The position numbers were made by a program, and so were the translations under genes. This document shows positions 17,239 to 26,746 of a stretch of DNA of 30,247 nucleotides, one piece after another. The stretch's first letter is position 1, and each line of letters opens with the position of its first letter. The notes beneath the pieces are model-generated. The model was not told the origin of the DNA and searched no databases. It saw nothing but the letters and a program-made list of their open reading frames with translations. Source of the DNA: an uncultured Flavobacteriaceae bacterium (GTDB lineage: Bacteria > Bacteroidota > Bacteroidia > B-17B0 > Aurantibacillaceae); assembly GCA_964653165.1 (NCBI GenBank), contig CAZZEI010000014.1:1-30247 (forward strand), written 5' to 3'.

Positions 17239-18324
17239 CTAGGCAAACTTCTTCTCAAACTCTTTCATGCAATCAACAAGAACTTGTACACTTTCAATCG
17301 GCAAAGCATTATATAAAGAAGCACGGTACCCACCAACATCGCGGTGACCACGTATTCCACTAATACCGGCATCTTTCCAAAGTTTATCAAATTCAGCTTC
17401 CATTTCGGGTTTGTTGGCTAAGAAACATAGATTCATATTACTCCTGTCTTCTTTTACAACTGTTCCATGAAATAAAGAATTGCGATCAATTTCGTTATAT
17501 AATAAATCTGCTTTTTGTTGATTTAATTTTTCTATCCACGCTATGCCACCGTTTTTCTTTAACCATCTTAGAGTAAGTAACGTAACATAAATAGGAAATA
17601 CGGGAGGCGTATTGTACATGCTTCCGCCTTTAATATGAACCTGGTAATCTAACATACTTAACATTTTTCTACCTGTTTTTCCTAACACATCTTTACGTAC
17701 CATTACCATTGTAGCTCCGGCAGGGCCCATATTTTTTTGCGCTCCCGCATAAATTAAGGCAAAATCTTTTGCGTTTACTTTTCTGCTGAAAATATCAGAA
17801 CTCATATCACAAACCATCGGGACAGATGTTTTGGGGAAGTCTTTCATCTGTGTTCCGTAAATGGTATTGTTAGATGTTATGTGCAAATAATCTGCATCTA
17901 AAGGAATTGCAAATCCTTTTGGCACGTAAGTATATTTTTTGTCTTCTGATGAAGCAATTACTTTGGTATTGCCAATCAGTTGCGCTTCTTTAATTGCCTT
18001 GCCTGCCCATACACCGGTGTTTACGTATGCTGCACTTCCATCGGTGCGCAACAAATTATAGGGTACCATAGCAAACTGAGTGCTTGCTCCGCCACCTAAA
18101 TATAATACTTCATATTCATCACCCACTTCAAAAAGTTCTTTTACAATAGAACGCGCTTCTTCCATTACCTTCTCGTAATTTTTGCTGCGATGCGAAATCT
18201 CCAGCAAAGAAAGATTCATGTTGTCAAAATTAATACAAGCTTCGGCAGCTTGTTTTAAAACTTCCTGTGGTAATATACCCGGACCTGCACTAAAATTGTG
18301 AACTTTTGTCATTGTGTCTATCAT
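17239..18324 (-). CDS. serC: Phosphoserine aminotransferase
   Basis: N-terminal HNFSAGPGILP (SerC hallmark, E. coli IFNFSSGPAMLP). PLP-fold class V length, about 360 aa. The alternative start MTKV at 18312 is equally plausible. Confidence 0.9.
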   Translation of the reverse strand: MIDTMTKVHNFSAGPGILPQEVLKQAAEACINFDNMNLSLLEISHRSKNYEKVMEEARSIVKELFEVGDEYEVLYLGGGASTQFAMVPYNLLRTDGSAAYVNTGVWAGKAIKEAQLIGNTKVIASSEDKKYTYVPKGFAIPLDADYLHITSNNTIYGTQMKDFPKTSVPMVCDMSSDIFSRKVNAKDFALIYAGAQKNMGPAGATMVMVRKDVLGKTGRKMLSMLDYQVHIKGGSMYNTPPVFPIYVTLLTLRWLKKNGGIAWIEKLNQQKADLLYNEIDRNSLFHGTVVKEDRSNMNLCFLANKPEMEAEFDKLWKDAGISGIRGHRDVGGYRASLYNALPIESVQVLVDCMKEFEKKFA

Positions 18325-18357
18325 GTTTTTGTTTTTTTTATGTACATCAGGTTTAAT

Positions 18358-18477
18358 GGGACGCTGATGACGCTGATTTTTATGATTAAGTATGATTTTT
18401 ATTTATTTTTTTTAATACAAAAACATTTATCTGTGCTCATCATACTAATCTGCGTCATCTGCGTTCCATTGTATTAG
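18358..18477. repeat. MITE-like repeat element copy B (about 120 bp), same family and orientation as 2574-2768
   Basis: Left end gggacgctgatgacgctgatttttatgattaagtatgattttt. Right end ctcatcatactaatctgcgtcatctgcgttccattgtattag. The termini are mutual reverse complements apart from the W positions, with tandem 9-mers GACGCTGAT x2. Ends 15 bp before the flotillin stop codon, in the serC upstream region. Confidence 0.65.
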
Positions 18478-18491
18478 CGGATGCTTGTTGT

Positions 18492-20399
18492 TTAGTTTGT
18501 TGGAGGAATATCTTTCCCCATTTTTTTAGTTACTTCTTCTAATAATTTTAATCCGAGTAGTCCGCTGATTGGTCCGTTTGCTCCGCCTTCTCCGCCGGTA
18601 ATTAATATATCCGGAATTACTTTTATTCTGTCTTTACCTATTGCTTCTGTAATTTTTAATTGTGTAAAATTATCTCCTCCCATTGCGCCAACTGCTAATT
18701 TATACGATTCGGCTGATGATTTACCAATAGCTAAAATTTTCTCGGCTTCCGCATTACCTGTCACGGTTATTTTTTCTGCTTCTGCATTCGCGAGCGCTTT
18801 TATTTTTTCCGCATCTGCGTTGGCTGTTACTTTTGTTTTCTCGGCATCTGCATTTGCAATTATTTTTAATCTGTCGGCTTCGGCTACTGAAGATATTTTT
18901 ACTCCACTTGCTTCACCGGTTGCCTTTTTTACAGCAGCATCGGCAATACGCTCTGCAATTAGAACTCCTTGGTCTGCTTTCACAATTTCTTTCTGCATAT
19001 CAGCAACAGCAGTTTCTTTTTCTAAAGCCTGTCTTGTAATCTCTGCGCGTTTTTGTGTTTCGAAGGTTGTATTTTGCTCTTCTGCAATTTTACGATCGGT
19101 TAATGTTTTCATTAAACTTTCCGGTGGAACAATATCACCGATTAAAGTATCAACACCGTTTACATTGTATTGATCTAACACTTCACTAATGCGTTTTTTG
19201 GCTGCATCTTGTCTTTCTTTACGTGTGCTTAAAAAAGCAATAACATCACTGTCTTGTGCCGAATTACGGAAATAGTTTCCAATGGTTGGTTCTAAAACCT
19301 GTCCGACTAAGTTTACCATATTTCCGAAACGTGCAATTACTTTTGGCGCTTCGGTTGTTGGTATATGAATGATTTGAGACACATCTAAATTAAAAGGAAA
19401 ACCATCTTTAGAACGAACTGTAATGGTTGATAAATGAGAATCTAACATGTGTGCTTCACTTCGCGCGTTAGCCCAATTTAAAACCAGGTTAGTTGTTGGA
19501 ACTAATTCAACACGCATGATGTATGAATTAATAGGGTATTTTCCCGGTCCCAACGGAATGGCCCAAACTCCTTTTTCTCCTTTGCTTACTATATTACCGT
19601 GCTTAAATTCGGCTCCGCTCAAATCTTTTCCTTCGCTGCCTACATAAGAAATAATTACACCAACGTAACCAATTTGTATTTCCGTCATTTTTATTTGCTC
19701 AACCCCCACAAACCAAGGATTAATATAATATGAACCTGCTAAAATTACTTGAGGTTGTAACCCTTTATTTCCTCCGCTTGATAAAAAAGTATCGGCATCC
19801 TGAAAATTATTGTGATTTTCAATTTGTTTACCCGCTATAGCTCCCTCTTCAATTGGTTTGCCGTCTAAAGTTGTAACAATACCTACCATGTTTTCTTGTA
19901 TAGATAACATATCGGTAATAATAATTTCAAATAAATATGTATTTATTCTATAGGTACCTGCAGTAATAAATGCAGTTTGTCTTCCTTTTCTCCCGCCATT
20001 TTTTAAAAATGCAACGGCATCCTGAAAACTATCGCAACTTACTTTGCGAGCTAATATGCAACCTGTTTCAAGTTCAGCTCCGTCTTTTGCAACAAGCAAA
20101 CCAATTTGTCCTTGCGGAATAATATTTAAGGGTTGAAGTTTAATATCATATTGCCAAACCCATTTCCAAAAATAAATTCCAGGGGCTAAGGTTTGTGCCT
20201 GAAAGCCCGCTTCACCTTCAACTGCAATTATTCGTCCGGGAGGTAATTCTGATTTTCCAAAAAGGACAAACTTTTTAGTTACTAATCCGATTTTATCTTC
20301 GGGCACAATTATAATTCCGAATAAACGAAAAATTAAACGGTAAAAAACAAGACATAATATAGGTATAAGTACCCACCAGTATTTAACAACAGTTTCCAT
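18492..20399 (-). CDS. Flotillin/SPFH (band-7) family membrane protein with internal domain duplication and C-terminal Ala/Glu-rich repeats
   Basis: 635 aa. N-terminal TM (VLIPILCLVFYRLIFRLFGIII). Duplicated segments FQDAVAFLKNGGRKGRQ… / FQDADTFLSSGGNKGLQ…. C-terminal ANADAEKTKVTANADAEKIKALANAEAEKITVTGNAEAEKILAIG is encoded by four imperfect 36-bp tandem DNA repeats (about 18720-18870), as in flotillin EA-repeats. Confidence 0.8.
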   Translation of the reverse strand: METVVKYWWVLIPILCLVFYRLIFRLFGIIIVPEDKIGLVTKKFVLFGKSELPPGRIIAVEGEAGFQAQTLAPGIYFWKWVWQYDIKLQPLNIIPQGQIGLLVAKDGAELETGCILARKVSCDSFQDAVAFLKNGGRKGRQTAFITAGTYRINTYLFEIIITDMLSIQENMVGIVTTLDGKPIEEGAIAGKQIENHNNFQDADTFLSSGGNKGLQPQVILAGSYYINPWFVGVEQIKMTEIQIGYVGVIISYVGSEGKDLSGAEFKHGNIVSKGEKGVWAIPLGPGKYPINSYIMRVELVPTTNLVLNWANARSEAHMLDSHLSTITVRSKDGFPFNLDVSQIIHIPTTEAPKVIARFGNMVNLVGQVLEPTIGNYFRNSAQDSDVIAFLSTRKERQDAAKKRISEVLDQYNVNGVDTLIGDIVPPESLMKTLTDRKIAEEQNTTFETQKRAEITRQALEKETAVADMQKEIVKADQGVLIAERIADAAVKKATGEASGVKISSVAEADRLKIIANADAEKTKVTANADAEKIKALANAEAEKITVTGNAEAEKILAIGKSSAESYKLAVGAMGGDNFTQLKITEAIGKDRIKVIPDILITGGEGGANGPISGLLGLKLLEEVTKKMGKDIPPTN

Positions 20400-20444
20400 A
20401 GTTTTTGTATTTGAGTATAAATGTAATCTTTAAATTTACTTATC

Positions 20445-23400
20445 TTAATTCTGATTATAAACAGGTAATCTTCCAGGTGTATATGGTAAACCAGTACTGT
20501 CTGATTTTTTTTCCAGTGCATTTAATGCTTCATCTGCTTCTTTAACTTGTTTGTAAACCAATGCAAATTTCTTTTTTAATTTTTCATAACTATCCTCATA
20601 GGTTTTAGATTGCATTACTGTGGTAGCATACAAACCGCTAATAATACTTTCTGTTTCGGTTACAATGCCTTGTAATGTTTCATACTCGCGTTTAGCCATA
20701 CTCTTATCTCCATCTAAAATAAAATCAACATCGTCAAGCTTCTTCTCAATTTGTTTTACTTCAACAAGTAAATTTAAATTATTTCCCTGCGATTGCTGTA
20801 AACCTGTTTTTATAAATTTAATTTTGTTACGCATCTCATGTCTGTAGGATGATGTGCCAAAAACAACTTTACGAAAATCTGCCAGCTTCACATAAAAATC
20901 TTGTAATGCTTTCTTATCTGTTACGGGAATACTTGCATTATTTAATGAAACAATATTAAATGCAACGGGTTCTGTTAGTTTTTCTGCAGTTCCATCATTC
21001 TTAATTAAATGTAGTGACGCAAAATATTTTCCGGGAATTACCAATGAACCTCTATCCTCGTCCTCATACGGATTATCGGGATCGGGAATATGGAAGGTTA
21101 TTGGATTTGTTTTTGCTGTACGCCCATCCCAGTTTACACGATACATGCCTCGTTTAGCTGCTTGTTTTAGCTTGCGTAAAACATTTCCTTGCTCATCACT
21201 TATTTGTAAAACTAAATAAGTAGCTTCTTCTTTATCTTCTAAACGAATTGAATCTGTAGAAGGATAATAAAATGGCAGGTTGTTTTTTGTTTTTTCCTTC
21301 TCGCTGTCTTTTCTTTTTTCTTTAATGGTTTTGTAATCGTTTTTCAAATAATAAGTAATGGTTGCACCTATTGGAGGATTATCTGCAGTATAAAAGGATT
21401 CTCCCTGAAAGGATTTTCCGGTATGTCCCAATGGTTTCGATGGAACAAAAACCAAAGCATCTTTTATCGGGAAAATTGTGGAAGGTTTTTCTAAATCTTC
21501 AGCTTTCATGGTTTGCAAAGCAGAATAATCGTCAAGCACATAAAAACCTCGACCAAAAGTTGCAAGCACCAAATCATTCTCTCTTTTTTGAATAGCAATT
21601 TCAGGAACACAAATGGTAGGTAGGCCTGCTTTTAATTGAGTCCAGAATTGTCCGCCATCCAATGAAACAAAAATCCCAAACTCTGTCCCCGCAAAAAGTA
21701 AATTAGGATTTTTGTGGTCTTCGGCAATGCAATAGGCTGAACCTCTTTCAGGTAAATTATTGCTGATGCTAACCCACGTTTTCCCTTTATCGCTACTCTT
21801 TAAAAAGTAGGGTTTAAAATCTCCATTGCGATGATTATTAATTGTAGCATACACTATATTTTCATCGTGTTGCGATGCTAAAATATTTTGAACTTTAGAT
21901 TTATCAGGAACAGTTGCAAACTTTTCAATTTTTGTCCAGGCATTTCCTCCATCAGCACTAACATGAATTAATCCATCGTCTGTTCCGGCGTATAAAAGAT
22001 TTTCATTTTTTGGCGATTCGTTAAATGCAGTCACGTTTCCGTAAAGAGTAGTAGATTGATTTTTTGAAATCGCATCCATGCTCCAAATTTTACCCATCAC
22101 AGGAAGTTTATTTCTATCTATTCCTCGTGATAAATCACCACTTAAAGTTTTCCAACTGTTTCCTCTGTCGTCACTTCTAAAAACTTTATTGGCGCAAAAA
22201 TATATCCTTGTATTTGAAAAATTACTTATTTGCACAGGCGCATCCCAATTCCAACGAAGTGCAGCTTCTCCTTCTTTCTCTAATGGTTTTATGTCAAATG
22301 CCTCTCCTGTTTTTTTGTCGTAACGAACTAATCCCCCAAATTGCCATTGAGAATAAACAATGTTTGGATCTTTTGGGTCTACAACTGTTTTAAATCCATC
22401 ACCGCCAACGGTGACAAACCAATCAGAATTTACAATACCCGATGCGCTGATTGTTCTTGAAGGGCCACCAACCGAATTATTATCCTGAGTGCCTCCGTAA
22501 ATGTTATAAAAAGGCGAGGCGTTATCTGTTGTTACTCTGTAAAATTGAACCAAAGGTAAATTGGCTTTGTATTGCCATGTTTTTGCCATATCATAACTTT
22601 CGTACAATCCACCGTCGCAACCTATAAGATAATGGTTTGTATTATCTGGGTCGATATACATTGCATGATTATCTACGTGTTTATGTTTTTCTCCCAGACC
22701 AACAAACGTTTTTCCTCCGTCATTGGAAACCTTTGCCCATGTATCCATAGAATAAATTTTGTCGATATTTTTAGGGTCACAAAAAATTTCCTGATAATAA
22801 TTTCCGGCTGTGTTCCAACCGCTGCGTTTTTCCCAGCTTGCCCCACGATCTGTACTACGGTAAAATCCTTTTCCATCTTCATCACCTTCAACAATAGCAA
22901 AAACATAATCGCTGTTTATAGGAGAAACTGCCAAAGCAATTCTTCCTACATCGCCACTTGGTAAGCCTCCTCCTAATTTGTTCCATGTATTACCTCCGTC
23001 GGTACTTTTATAAATTGCTGACTCAGGTCCACCGCTAATGTAGGTCCACTCATGTCTGCGACGTTGATGTGCGCAAGCATAAAGTGTCATGTTGTTGAAT
23101 GGGTCAATATGAATTTCGTTAAATCCCGTATGCTCGCTAACATTTAAAATTTGTTTCCATGTTTTTCCTCCGTCGGTAGTTTTGTAAATACCGCGTTCTC
23201 CGCCCGGGCTCCAAAGCGGACCATAAGCAGCCACGTAAACAATATTTCCATTGTTTGGATCTATGGCAATTTTGCCAATGTGTTCTGATTTTTGCAACCC
23301 TACATTTTTCCAGGTTTTTCCGGCGTCTTCGCTTTTATATAAGCCGTCTCCGTATGCAATGCTGCGTTGATTATTGTTTTCTCCGCTTCCTACCCAAACA

Positions 23401-23744
23401 ATATTTGGGTTTGATGGGTCGAGAGCCAGGCAACCAATAGAGTAGGAGCCTTGTCCATCAAAAATAGGGTCAAAAGTTGTTCCGTTATTGCTTGTTTTCC
23501 AAACACCTCCGCATGCAGCGGCTAAATAATATTGCGATTTATTTTTGGGATTTACAGCGATGTCAATTATTCGTCCCGAAATCATAGAGGGACCAATGCT
23601 TCTGAATTTAAAAGCAGAGAAAGTTCCGGCGTTGTGTAGAGGGTTTTTATCAGTTGGTTTTGTTTCAACTTTATCTTTTTGCGCAACCAATAGGGTAGAA
23701 CTTGCACTAAGAAGCAGTAAAGCAATTATTTTATGAAATTTCAT
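20445..23744 (-). CDS. Secreted BNR/Asp-box repeat β-propeller protein (sortilin/VPS10-like or GH74-like fold), 1099 aa
   Basis: Signal peptide MKFHKIIALLLLSASSTLLVAQ. At least 10 Asp-box repeats (SEDAGKTW, TTDGGKTW, STDGGNTW, STDRGASW, SNDGGKTF, SDDRGNSW, SADGGNAW, SSDKGKTW, SLDGGQFW…). C-terminal about 250 aa is charged/coiled and has no repeats. Confidence 0.65.
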   Translation of the reverse strand: MKFHKIIALLLLSASSTLLVAQKDKVETKPTDKNPLHNAGTFSAFKFRSIGPSMISGRIIDIAVNPKNKSQYYLAAACGGVWKTSNNGTTFDPIFDGQGSYSIGCLALDPSNPNIVWVGSGENNNQRSIAYGDGLYKSEDAGKTWKNVGLQKSEHIGKIAIDPNNGNIVYVAAYGPLWSPGGERGIYKTTDGGKTWKQILNVSEHTGFNEIHIDPFNNMTLYACAHQRRRHEWTYISGGPESAIYKSTDGGNTWNKLGGGLPSGDVGRIALAVSPINSDYVFAIVEGDEDGKGFYRSTDRGASWEKRSGWNTAGNYYQEIFCDPKNIDKIYSMDTWAKVSNDGGKTFVGLGEKHKHVDNHAMYIDPDNTNHYLIGCDGGLYESYDMAKTWQYKANLPLVQFYRVTTDNASPFYNIYGGTQDNNSVGGPSRTISASGIVNSDWFVTVGGDGFKTVVDPKDPNIVYSQWQFGGLVRYDKKTGEAFDIKPLEKEGEAALRWNWDAPVQISNFSNTRIYFCANKVFRSDDRGNSWKTLSGDLSRGIDRNKLPVMGKIWSMDAISKNQSTTLYGNVTAFNESPKNENLLYAGTDDGLIHVSADGGNAWTKIEKFATVPDKSKVQNILASQHDENIVYATINNHRNGDFKPYFLKSSDKGKTWVSISNNLPERGSAYCIAEDHKNPNLLFAGTEFGIFVSLDGGQFWTQLKAGLPTICVPEIAIQKRENDLVLATFGRGFYVLDDYSALQTMKAEDLEKPSTIFPIKDALVFVPSKPLGHTGKSFQGESFYTADNPPIGATITYYLKNDYKTIKEKRKDSEKEKTKNNLPFYYPSTDSIRLEDKEEATYLVLQISDEQGNVLRKLKQAAKRGMYRVNWDGRTAKTNPITFHIPDPDNPYEDEDRGSLVIPGKYFASLHLIKNDGTAEKLTEPVAFNIVSLNNASIPVTDKKALQDFYVKLADFRKVVFGTSSYRHEMRNKIKFIKTGLQQSQGNNLNLLVEVKQIEKKLDDVDFILDGDKSMAKREYETLQGIVTETESIISGLYATTVMQSKTYEDSYEKLKKKFALVYKQVKEADEALNALEKKSDSTGLPYTPGRLPVYNQN

Positions 23745-23850
23745 ATAAATGGATTTGAGGAGACAAATGTATATTTTTTGGGGAAAATAAGCTGGAATGT
23801 TACTGACAGTTTATCCCCTAAATAGGGTAAGTTTTTAACTGTTTTGCCAA

Positions 23851-24462
23851 CTATTTACTTATGTATTTCCCGTTCCGTATTTTCCCTTCACTAATCCACT
23901 CTATGGCTTGCTCCATCCTTCTGTTTCGGGTTTCTTCGGTTTTGGCTTCGATTAACCAAAAAATGTATTCTTTTTTTTGTCCGGGAGGAAATTTCTCGAA
24001 ATGTGCTGCAGCTTTTTTGTTTTTATTTAATGCTGTTTTAAAATAAGGAGGAACAGGTAAAGGTTTTGCATCTGTAATTTTTTTGCGAGGAGGTAATTTT
24101 GCTCCGGTGTCATTAAGCTTCATGGCTTCTTTTATGTAGCCGATAATTATTTTATCTGAAGGCAAATCTTTCAGACTTGTAATTTTTCCTAAATGTCCCA
24201 TTGCTGATTCCTGATTTTCCTTTAGGTTTTTTGAATCTTTAATTAAACCTGCCTTCCAAAAACCAAAAGCACAATGTTGCTTGAAGTGTGCCATACTGCA
24301 AAACGGACCTTTATAATCAAAGCAAGCAAAGCTCCATTTAATGGTTTCTTCTGTTTCGGGACAAGTGGCATGAACCAATTTTCTTAAATGTTTTAAAATT
24401 GGTTGTGCAAAGGGTTGTGCCTTGGCTATTTATGCGTCTATTCGGGGGTCTTTTTTTGGCAT
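23851..24462 (-). pseudogene. DUF1801/YdeI-OmpD-associated family gene with in-frame TAA at codon 11 (apparent Tyr→stop)
   Basis: From the ATG at 24462 (minus) the frame reads MPKKDPRIDA-TAA-IAKAQPFAQPILKHLRKMVHATCPETEETIKWSFACFDYKG… The stretch DPRIDA[Y]IAKAQPFAQPILKHLR matches my recollection of the conserved N-terminus of this family (recalled sequence, not searched), so the TAA (plus 24430-24432) replaces an expected TAT/TAC. The track ORF restarts at internal Met 24378. C-terminal EWISEGKIRNGKY is the YdeI-type motif. Confidence 0.5.
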
Positions 24463-24595
24463 TGCTTAATTTTTACTGAATAAAAATAAAAATATTTTCG
24501 ATATAAATAAGCTAAATTACGCTTAATCTTAGGCTATATTCTTATCCTGCTTCATACTTCCCAAAAAATGCTATTTTTGTCTAAATATTCAAGCT

Positions 24596-25153
24596 ATGAC
24601 ACCCGAAGTACAAAAATTTAACGACCACGCTAAAAGTTTAATGGATAAAGCCATTTCTTTTTTAGAACAAGAGTTGACAAAAATTCGCGCAGGTAAAGCA
24701 AACCCTGCCTTGTTAGATAATTTAAAAGTTGATTATTATGGGAATATGGTTCCCATTAATCAGGCAGCTAACATAAATACACAGGATGTTCGCACACTTG
24801 TCATTCAACCTTGGGAAAAAAGTATGTTGCAAGCCATTGAGAAATCAATACAAGCTGCCAACTTAGGAATGAACCCGCAAAATGATGGTATTCTTATTCG
24901 TATTTCTATTCCGCCGTTAACTGAAGAGCGACGTAAAGAGCTTGTAAAAAAAGCAAAACAAGAAGCAGAAGATGCTAAAGTGGGAATTCGTACAGCCAGG
25001 AAAGAAGCAATGGAGGGCGTGAAGCAAATAAAAGGTTTACCCGAAGATGAAAAAAAGGATGCCGAAACAAAAATTCAAGCACTTACCGACCAGTATGTAG
25101 TTAAATGCGAAAAACATTTAGAAGCTAAGGAAAAGGAGATTATGACTGTATAA
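24596..25153 (+). CDS. frr: Ribosome recycling factor
   Basis: 185 aa, typical RRF length. Signature IRAGKANPALLDNLKVDYYG and …RTLVIQPWE…. A TATTTTTG -7-like motif lies about 20 nt upstream. Confidence 0.9.
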   Translation: MTPEVQKFNDHAKSLMDKAISFLEQELTKIRAGKANPALLDNLKVDYYGNMVPINQAANINTQDVRTLVIQPWEKSMLQAIEKSIQAANLGMNPQNDGILIRISIPPLTEERRKELVKKAKQEAEDAKVGIRTARKEAMEGVKQIKGLPEDEKKDAETKIQALTDQYVVKCEKHLEAKEKEIMTV

Positions 25154-25248
25154 GTCTATCGATTTTTTTCTTTGCGTCTTTCTTCAATATATAAACACAG
25201 AAAACTAAAAAACTTGGCGTCTTAGCGCCTTTGCGGTTAAAATCAAGA

Positions 25249-26418
25249 ATGCAGTTAGATAAGAATTCAATAATTGGAATAGTAGGTTCAGGAGCAATGG
25301 GTGCAGGTATCGCACAAATAGCTGCTTCTGCCGGGCACACCGTAATTGTTTACGATAATAATTTAACATCTCTGCAAACAGCCAGAAAAAGTATTGCGCT
25401 GGGTTTTGCAAAAATGGTTGAGAAATTAAAAATTAGTCCGGAAAAAGCGCATGAAATAGTTTCAAAAATTGCTTTTACAGAAAAAGCTGTTCATTTGCAC
25501 GAATGTCATTTAATTATCGAAGCAATTGTTGAAGATCTTGATATAAAATCGCAGGTGTTTTCACTTCTTGAAAAGACTACAGAGGGTAAATGTATTTTAG
25601 CTACAAATACTTCCTCGCTTTCTGTTACTTCTATTGCTGCTGCTTGTATTAACCCAAAACAGGTTATTGGGATTCATTTTTTTAATCCGGCTCCATTAAT
25701 GCCATTGGTAGAAATAATTCCCGGCATAGCAACTGATAATGCAGTAACACAGTCTTGCAAAAATTTAGTTGAGAGTTGGGGTAAAGTTACCGTTGTGTGC
25801 AAAGACACTCCTGGTTTTATTGTAAATAGAATTGCCCGTCCGTTTTACGGAGAAGCGATGCGTATATACGAAGAGGGCATAGCTGACATTTCAACGATTG
25901 ATTGGGCAATGAAAGAAATTGGAGGATTTAGAATGGGGCCTTTTGAATTGACTGATTTAATCGGACATGATGTAAATTATAAAGTTACCGAAACAGTTTG
26001 GAAACAATTTTATTTCGACCCGAGGTATCGCCCGAGTATTTGTCAGAAACGTTTAGTAGAAGCCGGTTTTTACGGAAAAAAAAGCAGTAAAGGTTTTTAT
26101 GATTATGGCTCTTCAGAAATTCCGCAACCAAAAAAGGATATAGAATTGGGAAAACAAATTTTCGGTCGGATTATTTGCATGCTGATTAACGAAGCAGCTG
26201 ATGCGTTATATATGGGTATTGGAACAAAAGAAGATATTGATTTAGCCATGACCAAAGGCGTTAATTATCCAAAAGGCTTGCTAAAGTGGGCAGACGAATT
26301 AGGAATTGAAAATATTTGTCAGCAATTAAAGCATTTGCAAGATGCATATGGCGACGACCGTTACCGTCAAAGTATCTTGTTAAAGCGTATGGTTGTAGCG
26401 GGTAAAAAGTTTTATTAA
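25249..26418 (+). CDS. 3-hydroxyacyl-CoA (3-hydroxybutyryl-CoA) dehydrogenase with extended C-terminal domain
   Basis: Rossmann motif [15 protein letters not shown] and the 3HCDH signature NTSSLS. Start set at MQLDKNSII (25249) so the GxGxxG sits near residue 10; the track ATG at 25231 is an alternative. Confidence 0.85.
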   Translation: MQLDKNSIIGIVGSGAMGAGIAQIAASAGHTVIVYDNNLTSLQTARKSIALGFAKMVEKLKISPEKAHEIVSKIAFTEKAVHLHECHLIIEAIVEDLDIKSQVFSLLEKTTEGKCILATNTSSLSVTSIAAACINPKQVIGIHFFNPAPLMPLVEIIPGIATDNAVTQSCKNLVESWGKVTVVCKDTPGFIVNRIARPFYGEAMRIYEEGIADISTIDWAMKEIGGFRMGPFELTDLIGHDVNYKVTETVWKQFYFDPRYRPSICQKRLVEAGFYGKKSSKGFYDYGSSEIPQPKKDIELGKQIFGRIICMLINEAADALYMGIGTKEDIDLAMTKGVNYPKGLLKWADELGIENICQQLKHLQDAYGDDRYRQSILLKRMVVAGKKFY

Positions 26419-26465
26419 GTACGAAGCATAATCTCGAAAAACTAATTGAACAAGCGAACAATGGA

Positions 26466-26537
26466 ACATTTGAATAGTGAAATCAGAATTAAAATACATT
26501 CACTTCGATTGTTCGTTATTCAAATGTTTGAATGTTC
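26466..26537. other. 12-bp perfect inverted repeat (AACATTTGAATA … TATTCAAATGTT, 39-nt spacer) followed by a third partial arm TGAATGTTC
   Basis: 26466-26477 and 26517-26528 are exact reverse complements. Located 48 nt downstream of the dehydrogenase stop and about 220 nt upstream of the M1 peptidase start. Confidence 0.4.
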
Positions 26538-26624
26538 TTCATTCAATTTTGGTGTATATCGGGAAGATTTTAAAGAAGTTTTTGGGTTGATCTTAGCTAT
26601 ACAAAACGCGACATATCAAACACA

Positions 26625-26680
26625 AAACTCGAAATACCAAACTCGAAACCCGAAATAATCACACCCGAAACCCGAAATAA
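26625..26680. repeat. Degenerate tandem repeats with CCGAAA/TCGAAA core (AAACTCGAAATACC AAACTCGAAACCC GAAATAA… CCCGAAACCCGAAATAAACC)
   Basis: Five (C/T)CGAAA(T/C) cores within 56 bp, read directly from the sequence. They lie in the pepN leader and intergenic region. Confidence 0.45.
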
Positions 26681-26746
26681 ACCACTCATCATAAAACAAA
26701 CAATTTCATTAGTATTTAACTCAAATTTGTATATAAATCTAATAAT

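Noticed and set aside
18820-19173. 117-aa and 68-aa plus-strand ORFs antisense to the flotillin gene
   Set aside because: They arise from the complement of the Ala/Glu-repeat coding DNA (which gives long open antisense frames). There are no motifs and they overlap a strong CDS.
22078-22964. Several 61-130-aa ORFs overlapping the BNR-propeller gene
   Set aside because: All are internal to, or antisense of, the 1099-aa frame that carries 10 Asp-box motifs.
26446-26658. 70-aa ORF in the dehydrogenase–peptidase intergenic region
   Set aside because: It spans the inverted repeat and the CGAAA tandem repeats, and its C-terminus (YQTQNSKYQTRNPK) is simply the translation of the repeats. It is more likely noncoding structured DNA.
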